A stretch of 64,000 nt of DNA from Octopus sinensis (GCF_006345805.1 NC_043021.1:10106001-10170000), one strand, 5' to 3'; counted from the first letter of the stretch, positions 12,277 through 22,935 are shown. Numbers and translations are program-made. Notes: generated by a model from the sequence alone, not told the origin.

Positions 12277-13807
12277 CTTGTTTTATTTCTATTCCTGAGT
12301 GCCATACTAATACAATTGTTTGTTTGTACTCCACCTGCCTTCGTCTTTTGTTTATTTTCGTAAAGCTTCCCGTTATATATATATATACACACACACATTC
12401 ATATATATATATATACGAGCAAAACGCCCCCCGTCCAATGGACGGTGCTGAGTTGTCAAACATTTAAATCAAATTTTCTCAAAACAACTTGTCCGACCAT
12501 CCCATAGGCCTCCCCTTTGAGAAACACTGATTTAACCTAAATTTGAGACACCAGCAAAAGAAGAAATAACAATAGACTTTTTATCTGTTCCAAAGAAAAA
12601 CGATTTTATTCACTTTATCGATCGCATTCTCACCTGGAATCGAACTTTGTAATTTTTTCAAGGCTTATACATGCCCTGATACCGTCAGTATCTACATATC
12701 AAATTTGAGTGCAATGAAGGAGCTTCTATATAGAAAAAGCATGGATAGTTCATGAGGTTTCTGGCATAAAAATTTAATTGTTTGATACAAACTAAAGCCA
12801 ATAAATAAGTTTAGAAAGAAAAAAAACTTCAAGGGACGAAGGTCTTAGGTAAGGATTTTCACTTCACGGTCTTCCATGATTTTCTTTGTGGTCATAATGT
12901 TGGAAACGACCTCTGTGCATCAGGGTGTTCCCAATACGCATATGAATGACTTCTCTTGCAAGGGCATGGTTCCGACAACCTGTTAAATCTTCTGAAATGT
13001 GAAAAAAAAAAAAAAGAACTTGGTCAAATTTACAGAGCAGATTTGAACTTGTAACACAGAACTATGTAACAAAATATTTATGGTTGGCTGTGTGGTAAGA
13101 AGCTAGCTTCCTAACCACATGATTCCAAGTTCATTCCTACTGTGTGGCCCCCTTGGGAAAGTGTCTTCTACTATAACCTTGGGCCAAGTAAAGCCTTGTG
13201 AGTGGATTTGGTAGATGGAAACTGAAAGAAGCCCATCATACATATATATGTATATATCTATGTGTGTGTGTGTGTGTGTGTCTTTGTGTTTGTTCCCTAT
13301 CACTGCTTGACAACCAGTGTTGGTGTGTTTACGTTCCTGCAACTTAGCAGTTCAGCAAAAGAGACAGATAGAATAAGTACTAGGCTTTAAAATTAAGTCT
13401 TGGCGTTGATTCATTCAATTGAAAGGCAGTGCTCCAGCATGGCTGCAGTCAAATGACTGAAACAAGTAAAAGAATAAAAGAATAAAGAAACAACTAATAC
13501 CCATTTTCTTGGGCAACTGTTCCCAAATTATTTTGTTGTGGAACCCTTATAACCTTTAGCATTCAGATTACTCTGCCAAATGTTCAGTCATGAGTGACCA
13601 TGGGATTGCACCTAGAAAGTTCCCCTCCAAGGCACAAATATAGGCAAGATTGTTTATGGAAGACCAGCAGTTGTCCATGCATACCAGCCTCCCTTCTCCA
13701 TGATACCGATGTTATCCAAAGGAAAGGCAAAGGGGCCGATACAGCTTGGCACCAGTGATGTCACAACTCATTTCCCTAGCTGAATGAACTGGAGTAACAT
13801 GAAATAA

Positions 13808-14268
13808 AGTTAGTTAGTTAATTTTTTGGCTCAAAAAGCAAAAAGCAAGGCCATGTAGGGGGACATGGAGTTATGTACAGGGTGGTGTTCATGTAAAGAG
13901 TTCAGGCCACTTGTGGTCAAGGGAGACTTTGAACCGAGCGGTCGTCGGCATCTTCACCATCCGTCCGGCAGCTTATTCCACGGATCCGCAACCCGGACGG
14001 AGAAAGCCCCTCTCCTTCGATTGAGATGAAATCGTCGCAGATAGAGCTTTTCGGAATGACCCCGCAGCCGACGCTCTGGAGCAGGAGTGAAGAACAGCTC
14101 TTTCGAGAGGTTACACTTTCCGCTTATGATGTTATGAGCAAGAATGAGATCACCATGGCGGCGTCATTTTTCTAGAGAATAAAGGTCGAGCGTCTTCAGC
14201 CTTTCTTCATAAGACAAATTCTTGAGACCAAGAACCATGCGGGTAGCCAGCTTCTGGACTTGCTCAAG
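13808..14268 (-). mobile_element. 5'-truncated CR1-clade LINE 3' end with (TAAC)n tail
   Basis: Minus strand reads LEQVQKLATRMVLGLKNLSYEERLKTLDLYSLEK*RRHGDL...RLRGHSEKL...FSVRVADPWNKLP, a typical CR1 C-terminus. Confidence 0.9.
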
Positions 14269-14556
14269 AACTCAACACACAGCCTGGTCCAGGAATTGAA
14301 CTCACTACCTCATGATAGTGAACCCAACGCTCTAACCACTGAACCATGCAGTTTCACAATGTAATACTCATTAATTCACATTGTTTTTCAATTAACCAAG
14401 CATTATTTTGTAGCTTGAAGATTTCAATGATGGGATTGTTTATTTTTAGAATGCCATTCTGAAATCTAGCTGATTTGAACATAAAACATATAGAACCAGA
14501 TATGGCTGGTTTAAATGCTAAAGGGTTATACAATTTTCCGGTATACAAGTCAAAGC

Positions 14557-14810
14557 AGTTCTATATTTAAGAGATGAGGAATTATGTACACTATTTACAT
14601 TATTTACATTTGACGGAAATTTTTGTCCTCATCATGTTTGTTGTTAACACAACATTTCAGCTGATAAACCCTCCAGCCTTCTTCAGGAGTCGTGGGGAAA
14701 TTTTGAACCTGGGTTCTCATTCCTAAAGTATTTTTCAATGTTATTATTATTATTGTTCAGGTCACTGCTTGGAATCAAACTCGGAATTTTGGGGTTAGTA
14801 GCTAATGTTT
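14557..14810 (-). mobile_element. Hammerhead-bearing SINE family E copy (head truncated)
   Basis: Same body as 22192-22586: (AAT)n, GGAATGAGAACCCAGGTTC, degenerate hammerhead at 14646-14691 and 3' terminus TAGAACT. Confidence 0.8.
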
Positions 14811-14847
14811 CTGCCAGCTTGCTGCCCCATACCATGATGCTCTGTCC

Positions 14848-15548
14848 TTTGTAAGATATTTCGTTGGAAATTTCTTGCATTTCGGCAATTTTAACCAATC
14901 AATTACCTCCATTGACGTAAATAACATTCTGTGCATAATGAATATGTCCCTCCTTTAAGAAACAGATTGGGTTTATTTACATTTGTGAAGAAAAAAAGAT
15001 ACCCTTCCCCAACCCCTAACCAACCCTAACTAACACTAACTCTAACCCTAAAATCTAAAAATGCAATAGATCGATACCAGCGTTATAATTATGGGTGACA
15101 ATTTCATATGACACTGCTACGGAAAATGGGATTTTTTTCTAGCGGTGTCAAATGAAAATGTCACCCATAATTATGGCCCTAGTATCGATCTATTGCATTT
15201 CAATCTATTTTAGATTTTAGGGTTAGAGTTAGGGTTAGTTAGTGTTAGGGGTTGGGGAATGGTATCTTTTTTTCTTCACAAATGTAAATAAACCTAATCT
15301 GTTTCTTAAAGGAGGGACATATTCATTATGCACAGAATGTTATTTACGTCAATGAAGGTAATTGATTGGTTAAAATTGCCGAAATGCAAGAAATTTCAGA
15401 CGAAATATCTTACAAACTATAGAATTTTCTCAATAAAGCCAAGAGAAAATGATGTTTTATAAACACATTCTACCAGTATACGAAGTTTAAAACTTTTTAG
15501 TTACCTAGAAATTATGTTACAAAGTGCCGTTCAAAAGGAAAAGATCCA
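14848..15548. mobile_element. Mutator-like fold-back MITE (same outer TIR family as 6220), left end truncated
   Basis: About 270-bp inverted arms 14848-15119 / 15140-15416. The right end GCCGTTCAAAAGGAAAAGATCC is shared with the 6220 element. Contains TTAGGG-like tracts. Confidence 0.85.
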
Positions 15549-15969
15549 ACGATCCTGCTTGCTTGCCGCCTTGTTCAGTATATATATTACGAGCTTCTTT
15601 CAGTTTCCGCCTGCCAAATCGACTCACAAGACTTTGTCGTGCAGTAGGATTGAACCCAAGACCACATGGTCTTCTTACCGACCTTATTGACCAAATTTTC
15701 CCATTCATTGTTGTTTGAGACGATAATTCGTGATTTGAGGTAGGGCTATTGGCTACTATTTCTTTCAAGCTAAGCAAGTATGTAGAAGACAGGAATGTAA
15801 TGCAAATATAGGAACGTTATGTAAGCAAACACAATACGACAACTGGTACAGGACAGCAAAAGTACGTTTTAGGAAGCAAATATACACAAAAACACAACAC
15901 TCACGAAGTCCTTAATCTGTCTCCTTATAATGAATACTAGAATCATACAGTCTCCTTTGGTTTCCTTGT

Positions 15970-16323
15970 TCAGAACTTCGATTTCACTTTTTCAAGGATA
16001 TGGGTATCGTTTTCGTAGATGACATCGCTGCCTTCCTTGGATAGTACCGCTTTACATTCATCTCGAGTGGCCTTGCAGGAAGCTGTTATATAAGGCTTAT
16101 CCAATTGGTATTTGTTCAGATGGTAGTCTGCAGATATCCTCTGAAGGCTCTCATAAATATTCTCACATTTTGACGGTTCTTCAATTCGTGTAGCGTCAGC
16201 ATGCCTAAAGGTTTTAGCTATATTCTCGCGTATGAAGACGGCGAGGTCCTTATCAGCTGCTTTGCTGGTGTCTATGGGCCAGTTTTTACAGAGGGTTAGA
16301 AAACGTCTGTAACTCGAAGCCAT
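15970..16323 (-). CDS. UQCC2: Ubiquinol-cytochrome c reductase complex assembly factor 2, single coding exon, 117 aa
   Basis: MASSYRRFLTLCKNWPID...DLAVFIRENIAKTFR...IYESLQRISADYH aligns by eye end to end with human UQCC2 (MAASRYRRFLKLCEEWPVD...DLGAYLRQRVAQAFR...MYESLARLHSNYY). The ORF is uninterrupted from ATG to TGA. Confidence 0.92.
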   Translation of the reverse strand: MASSYRRFLTLCKNWPIDTSKAADKDLAVFIRENIAKTFRHADATRIEEPSKCENIYESLQRISADYHLNKYQLDKPYITASCKATRDECKAVLSKEGSDVIYENDTHILEKVKSKF

Positions 16324-16615
16324 CTCTCTCTCTTTTCTATCACTCCTAACTTATGTTATTTACGTTTTGACGTTGCATTTATGTAACATGTGCGTTGTTA
16401 TAGAGTCGAAGAGACCATTGGAAGGCGAAGGTTAAACGACTTAATCCTACTGGGAACTCTTTCAATAATACACCGCCTGAACTGTAGTTATAGGATTTAT
16501 TTCCCTTAGACCAGGCACATCATCACAACCACCACGTTGTGGATCATTTGGCATTGGGCTTCAGAGGAAAAATAAATTTTATAAAATTTGTTTCCTTTTT
16601 TTTTAACTATCGCAG

Positions 16616-16652
<37 letters not shown>

Positions 16653-16957
16653 CGCTGGCAACCATACAGAAAAGATCCATATATATATATATATGTAGGT
16701 CCCGGGTTGATTCGGGGTTAACCACAGTAAATAAGGTACTCTGATGATTTCTCTTGAATGAAACAGTTCTAGTCCTGTAGAAGCTCCTTCTATATAATAA
16801 ATTATATATATAGATATATATATATAATAAAAAATGTAGTAATTAAATTATACATTTATAATTATAAATTACTCTTTACTCTTTTACTTGTTTCAGTCAT
16901 TTGACTGTGGTCATTGACAGCATCGTTTGTCAAGCGATGTTGGGGAGACAAACACAG

Positions 16958-17015
<58 letters not shown>

Positions 17016-18771
17016 CGACGGGCTTCTTTCAGTTTCCGTCTACCAAATCCACTCACAAGGCTTTGGTCGGCCCGAGGCTATAGTAGAAGCCACTTGTCTG
17101 TCTGTCCTTGTTTGTCCCCTCTATTTTTAGCCCCTTGTGGGTAATAAAGAAACAGGTATTTCGTCTGCCGCTATGTTCTGAGTTCAAATTCCACCGAGGT
17201 CAACTTTGCCTTTCATCCTTTCTGGGTCGATTAAATAAGTACCAGTTACGCACTGGAGTCGTTATAATCGACTTAATCCGTCTGTTTTTATGTTCTGAGT
17301 TCAAATTCCACCGAGGTCAACCTTTGCCTTTCATCCTTTCGGGTGGTGGGGTCGATAAATTAAGTACCATTTGCGTACTAGAGTCGATCTAATCAAATTG
17401 CCCCTTTTCCCAAAATTTCACCAGTTAACACGTACTCTCGACCTTCTGACCCTTTTCCCGTCGACTGGCTACTGGTTTATTTATAATGGCTGGCTACTAT
17501 CACTTTTTACCGGGAGGGGTGTACAATTTCACTACACAACAGTAACATAGGTGTCTTTTACACGGCACCTGCACAGGTGCTTTTTACGTAACACCAGCAC
17601 AGGTATTATTTACGTGACACCAGCACCAGTGGAATTGCTTAGTAGCTTGTAAGACAGAGAGCTCTCAATTGACAGAGAAACTGAGGGTAGTGGTGTGTAC
17701 CAGGTGAGAAGCTAGAGTATAACAGAGGGACAGAGGGAGAGATAGATTATCTTTTCTACTCTAGACACAAGGCCCGAAATTTGGGGGGAAGGGGCAAGTC
17801 GATTAGATCGATTCCAGTACACAACTGGTACTTACTTTATCGACCCCGAAAGGATGAAAGGCAAAGTCGACCTCGGCGGAAGCGGCAGACGAAATACCTA
17901 TTTCTTTATTGCCCACAAGGGGCTAAACACAGAGGGGACAAACAAGGACAGACAAACGGATTAAGTCGATTATATCGACCCCAGTGCATAACTGGTACTT
18001 ATTTAATCGACCCCGAAAGGATGAAAGGCAAAGTCGACCTTGGCGGAATTTGAACTCAGAACGTAGCGGCAGACGAAATACCTATTTCTTTATTACCCAC
18101 AAGGGGCTAAACACAGAGAGGACAAACAAGGACAGACATAGGTATTAAGTCGATTACAACGACCCAGTGCGTAACTGGTACATAATTTATCGACCCCGAA
18201 AGGATGAAAGGCAAAGTCGACCTCGGCGGAGTTTGAACTCAGAACGTAACGACAGCCGAAATACTGCTAAGCATTTCGCCCGGCATGCTAACGTTTCTGC
18301 CAGCTCGCCGCCTTGGTGGTGGTGGTGGGAGATAGATAATGTTGGCGATGTATTGGGGGGGGGGACTACCCATAGAGAACAGCGAGGGGTAGGGAGAGTA
18401 TAAGTAGTAGAGAGAAGATAGAAGGGGGATATTCCAAAAGTGTGTGAGGGAAGATGTTTAGAGATGGGGATGACATGACTGTAGCAAGTGATGAGAGAAA
18501 ATGGAGTCACTGGGATGTGTGTGTGGCGGGCAGGGTATGGTAGATATGTGAGGGCATTGTTATGAAACCAGTTTCTTCATGATATTCTAGAGGATTCACC
18601 ATTAACCAGTTATTCTTTTATGAAATGGGTAGAGTTTTTATTTTTTAAATAAAGAAAATGAAAAAATAAATGTGTATATATTTTAAAAGTTTGTTGGGTT
18701 ATATTGGCGGTTTGTGTCGTGAAAAAATGGCTGGAGACTATTGGTATTAGGCATCCCGGATGTAAATCAAA

Positions 18772-19267
18772 TCTTTATATATAAAAGTCAAGTTGTGTGT
18801 CTGTCTCCTACGATTTAGATTCCTAACTACTCCCACATTTTGCGGTGCAGTTTAACCAAAACCGGGTATCTTATAGTCGTGATTCATATCAAGCCCTTCT
18901 GGGTATTAGCGCGCGTCTACGATGAGTCTACGATTTTAAAAAAATTTACCATTATTTTTTTTCCATTTTAATGCATTTTTTCGCTATTATATAAGGGAAG
19001 TAACTCTCTAAAAATGTCTACGATGAGTCAACGATTTAAAAAAAAATTTACCATCATTTTTTCCATTTTAATGCATTTTTTCGCTATTATATAAGGGAAG
19101 TAACTCTCTAAAAATGTCTACGATGAGAACGATTTTAAAAAAATTATACCATCATTTTTTTTCCATTTTTAATGCATATTTTTGCTATATTTTGGCTATA
19201 ACTCTCTAAAAATGCTTATATAATTATTTCCCTTACAAATCCGAGCAACGCCGGGCGATACTGCCAG
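18772..19267 (+). mobile_element. Non-autonomous Helitron with internal about 100-bp tandem repeat
   Basis: 5' TCTTTATATATAAAAGTC and 3' CCGAGCAACGCCGGGCGATACTGCCAG (CTAG-like). Inserted between A(18771) and T(19268). gtctacgatgag units at 18915, 19016 and 19116. Confidence 0.75.
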
Positions 19268-19419
19268 TTATTTATAAATTTCATTCACATTTTTTTCTTG
19301 CACTGTATATTGCGACAGATATATTAACAAAAATATCAGCGCACAGTGACTTTCCGAACACTCTGTACATCATTCAGTCATGATGGTCCAGATACCATGA
19401 CAGAAACGAAGCAAACCTA

Positions 19420-19813
19420 CACAAGTGGGACCCGACTTTGTTACCTCATAATTCCCCGAAAATAATGAATACTTTTTAAATGAAATTTTGTATAAGAACC
19501 TTTCAGATTGTGTAGATTATATCAGAAGATTGTGTAAATTATATCAGAAGAAAAAAAATGTGAAAAAAGAATTGGTAGTCGCGCACTCATATATGTACAA
19601 AATAAAATCTGAAATTTTGTACAAGGAAAATAATACGTGTTAGTATGTATGAGTGCGTGGCCAGCAGGGTTTTTGTTTTTCACATTAAACTGCGATTGTG
19701 TTGTAATGTACTCCATCTGAAAGGAATTAGTGAAAAATTTCATTAGAAAATATTAAATTTTTCTGAAGTTATGAGGAAACAGAGTCGTGTGTGTGTGTGT
19801 CTACGTGCTTCTG

Positions 19814-19844
<31 letters not shown>

Positions 19845-19865
19845 TAAGTGGGGGGCACACTTGTG
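19420..19865. mobile_element. TA-flanked MITE (CACAAGTG termini), right TIR interrupted by (TG)n
   Basis: TA|CACAAGTG...CACTTGTG|TA, with sub-terminal ACTTTGTTACCTCATAA / TTATGAGGAAACAGAGTC. A related longer copy lies at about 37675-38428. Confidence 0.65.
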
Positions 19866-20481
19866 TAGGTATGCCTATCAAAGTTCACGCTTTAATTTCG
19901 TTGACATTTAATCCTCAATCCAACATAACTACACAATCAAAGGCGTTACAACCTTGACTTTTCTGTATCATGGACGACATTAGCCACCAGGTCAGCTCCT
20001 ATCAAAAAAAGCCTTTAAGAAAGACATTCCATCCGTGGCGGATCCTTTTTTTCCCCCCTAATTGCCAACAGTATACCTCAAAACGTAATTCAGGTTTAGG
20101 TACTCTATATAACACCTCATAACTATTTCATTTTTTGGAATTTTTAGAAATCTCGAATTACATTATGTATTGCGATCTTTAAAAGATGGTAAAATCATGT
20201 GATTAAACGGTTCTTTTTATTTTTTGGCTGCTCTTTCTAGCTTCTCGAGTGACTATTGTCAACGTAAGGAGTTGTTTATACTGATAAACAAGATTGCCCA
20301 GAGGCCAGTGGCCAATCGTAGGCTAAATATCGACATCCTGATTGTCGAGAGCATCAATAAAACGTTGAAATACATTAAATATAATCAAAATAATTAATTA
20401 ATTACAAAATTATAACAGAATAGAACGTCAATAAATGTTTAATAGTATATAATATATTTTTTTCAGCACTTCAATGTATGA

Positions 20482-20553
20482 GGCTCGTTGGTCTAGGGGT
20501 ATGATTCTCGCTTTGGGTGCGAGAGGTCCCGGGTTCGAATCCCGGACGAGCCC
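20482..20553 (+). tRNA. tRNA-Pro-TGG: tRNA-Pro (anticodon TGG)
   Basis: GGCTCGTTGGTCTAGGGGTATGATTCTCGCTTTGGGTGCGAGAGGTCCCGGGTTCGAATCCCGGACGAGCCC: intact cloverleaf, nearly identical to vertebrate tRNA-Pro-TGG, with A and B boxes. Confidence 0.98.
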
Positions 20554-20561
20554 ATCGTTAC

Positions 20562-20572
20562 TTTTTTTTTTA
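20562..20572 (+). terminator. Pol III oligo-T terminator of tRNA-Pro
   Basis: T-run beginning 9 nt after the tRNA 3' end. Confidence 0.85.
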
Positions 20573-20929
20573 AAACATTTCCTCTATATGTTTTTTTCGT
20601 TACTTTTTACGTCTATAGATTCTTTTTGTTTTATTTTGTGTTCGTACCAAATATATTGAAGATATGATTCCAATAAAGTATGTTTGTTTTATTTTCGTAC
20701 ATTTTATTTTATAACTGTTTAATTTCTGATGGCTGATTTTTCATGCACAATAGCAGTGGGAAATTATGAGGGACTTAATTTTTTTTTTAACTTTCCCTGT
20801 CGTTCATTTTTAATTATAGTGCTGCATTTTCAAATATGATTATTCCTCGAGAATGGCATGAACGTTACACGTTCTCATTGGAATAGTGGATCGAAAAAGC
20901 GTACTTTTTATCCCTTTAAGCTGCCACGA

Positions 20930-20934
<5 letters not shown>

Positions 20935-20972
<38 letters not shown>

Positions 20973-21110
20973 GGTATGTAGAAAAATACAACATGGACAA
21001 GAACGTATAACTCTTAGAAGACGGTATTATAATATATATATTATATATATATATATAATGATATATATATAATATATATATATATATGATATATATATAT
21101 ATATATATAA

Positions 21111-21174
<64 letters not shown>

Positions 21175-21182
21175 ATATATAT
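20935..21182. repeat. (TA)n-rich microsatellite cluster
   Basis: Long (TA)n tracts. Others at 161-196, 7057-7112, 25230-25340, 27685-27745, 39122-39180 and 58045-58100. Confidence 0.95.
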
Positions 21183-22191
21183 GTTTCTAAATTTTACGTT
21201 TCCATAAATTCTGTTGTAGGAAATAATAAGGCGTTCCAGTCGTGACTATTCGACCAATATATCATTTAAAATAACGGTAACATAGTTAAAATGATGTACA
21301 GTTTATATAAAAGCATTTCCTTCAAATCTTATTTTTTAATAAACGATATCAACAGTATATTGTTTCAAATTTTGGCTCAAAGCCAGAAATTTTAGTGGAT
21401 GGGGTTTAGTTGCGTGGCTTGGTTGTTAGGGTATTGTAGTCACGATCGCAAGATCATGGCTTCGATTCCTAGACCGTCTGTGCGTTGTGTTCTTGAGCTA
21501 AACACCTCGTTTAATATTGCTCCTGTCCACTCAGCTGCAGGTGAGTAACCTTGTGACGGTGAAAATCGCCCGAACGGAGGATGTCACGCGTGGTTTTGTA
21601 TTTTGCGCTCGAAAGGATAAATAGTACAACCCGTACAGTGAACCTCGACTGTTTGGAATTGGTCGTTCAATCCCATCGAAGTCAATCAATCAATTTGCGG
21701 ACTGCACCGATTCGGTGCTCAACAGAGTCGATCCTTCGGTATCTGTACACGATGTCATTCACGCAAACAACCTTTCCGTGTGACATAGATAAAGAAACGA
21801 GGCTGAAAAAGCGGATGATTGACGTCGCCTCCTCATACCGCCAATCTGAAGAGCAACACCGAAGGGTCGACTTCAACTGATACTTATTTTATCGACCTTG
21901 AAAAAAATTAATGACTAAGTTGACTTAACGGATAGAAGGAACCCGGACATTGCGTGCGAACGAAGCCCTCAATTTTTTTTCTTTTAAACTATTCTTTAAT
22001 TCCTGTTTTTGCTGCAATCTTTTTTGTCACAAATGGTGAATGAGAATCGTATCAATTCTTTATAAAAGTGAAAGTAAATTGTCCTAAAAATTTGAAAGTA
22101 AATTGCAATAAAAACTAGATGTGACGACAGTCTCTTTTCTGCATGTGCATTAGTTGAATTATAGGTAGAATCAAATGGCGCTTCTCAAAAA

Positions 22192-22366
22192 AGTTCTATA
22201 TTTAAGAGATAAGGAATTTTGTATATTATTTACATTCGACAGATATTTGTCCTCTTCTTGTTTGTTGATAACACAAAGTTTCGGCTGATGTACCCCCAGC
22301 CTTCATCAGGTGTCTTGGAAAAATTTTGAACCTGGGTTCTCATTCCTAAGGTATTTTTCGATGTTG

Positions 22367-22415
<49 letters not shown>

Positions 22416-22446
22416 TATCATGATGATGATGATGATGATTATTATT

Positions 22447-22478
<32 letters not shown>

Positions 22479-22586
22479 CATTATAATTATTATTATTATT
22501 ATCATTATTATTATTCAGATCACTGCTTGGAATCGAACTCGGAATCTTGGGGTTAGTAGCCTGCGCTCTTAACCACTACGCCATAT
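22192..22586 (-). mobile_element. SINE family E: tRNA-like head + (AAT/GAT)n + hammerhead + defined 3' end
   Basis: Minus strand: TGGCGTAGTGG (A box), GAGTTCGATTCC (B box), trinucleotide tract about 22370-22515, hammerhead at 22270-22314 on the same strand, end TAGAACT. Confidence 0.8.
22270..22314 (-). ncRNA. Minimal type-I hammerhead motif (family E), stem III mutated
   Basis: GACAC CUGAUGA A GGCUG-loop-CAGCC GAAA CUUU GUGUU: perfect stems I and II, but ACGU has become ACUU. Confidence 0.55.
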
Positions 22587-22587
22587 T

Positions 22588-22716
22588 CCCAAGACATCTG
22601 ATGAAAGCTAGAGGGTATCTCAGCCGAAACATTGTGTTAACAACAAACAAGATGAGAACAAATATCTGTCAATTGTAAATAATGTACAAAATTCCTCATC
22701 TCTTAAACATAGAACT
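22588..22716 (+). mobile_element. Inverted partial copy (hammerhead + tail) of family E abutting the head
   Basis: cccaagacatCTGATGAaagcta...cagccGAAACattgtgtt...tagaact is the inverted counterpart of 22192-22318. Confidence 0.85.
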
Positions 22717-22719
22717 GTA

Positions 22720-22935
22720 TGGTTACCATTGTTTTGAATACACATTGCAATACGTTTACTCCCACTCATAGTGAACTCATAATAGCACATCTGGTGATAC
22801 GTGTGCAAAGGAGTTGGTGATGCATTCCTTCAAATGATTTAGGTCTTTTATCTTTCCGCGATACACCATGCCTTTCAAATGGCCCCAAAGATAGAAATCA
22901 AGAGGGGTCAGATCAGGGGATCTAGGTGATCTTAT
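22720..22935 (-). pseudogene. Tc1/mariner transposase C-terminal fossil
   Basis: Minus strand reads SPRSPDLTPLDFYLWGHLKGMVYRGKIKDLNHLKECITNSFAHVSPDVLL*...RIAMCIQNNGNH. Confidence 0.85.

Noticed and set aside
16450-16490. ACTACA / TTCCCAG motifs upstream of UQCC2 as a ZNF143 (Staf) site
   Set aside because: The two half-motifs are not in the consensus ACTACAnnTCCCA spacing, so the match is too weak to call.
16742-16785. CTGATGA...GAAAC hammerhead-like spacing upstream of UQCC2
   Set aside because: Stem II lacks a closing pair, stem III is not palindromic and no stem I partner fits an NUH site.
17785-18312. Regularly spaced direct repeats as a CRISPR-like array
   Set aside because: The units are about 180-bp SINE multimers with no unique spacers or cas genes, in eukaryotic DNA.
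21846-21872. CTGAAGAGCAACACCGAAGGGTC hammerhead-like string
   Set aside because: It has GAAG instead of GAAA, with no convincing stems.
22520-22586. tRNA-like heads of SINE families (also about 31100-31172, 22970-23040)
   Set aside because: They have A/B boxes but no complete cloverleaf or acceptor stem, so they are SINE heads rather than tRNA genes.
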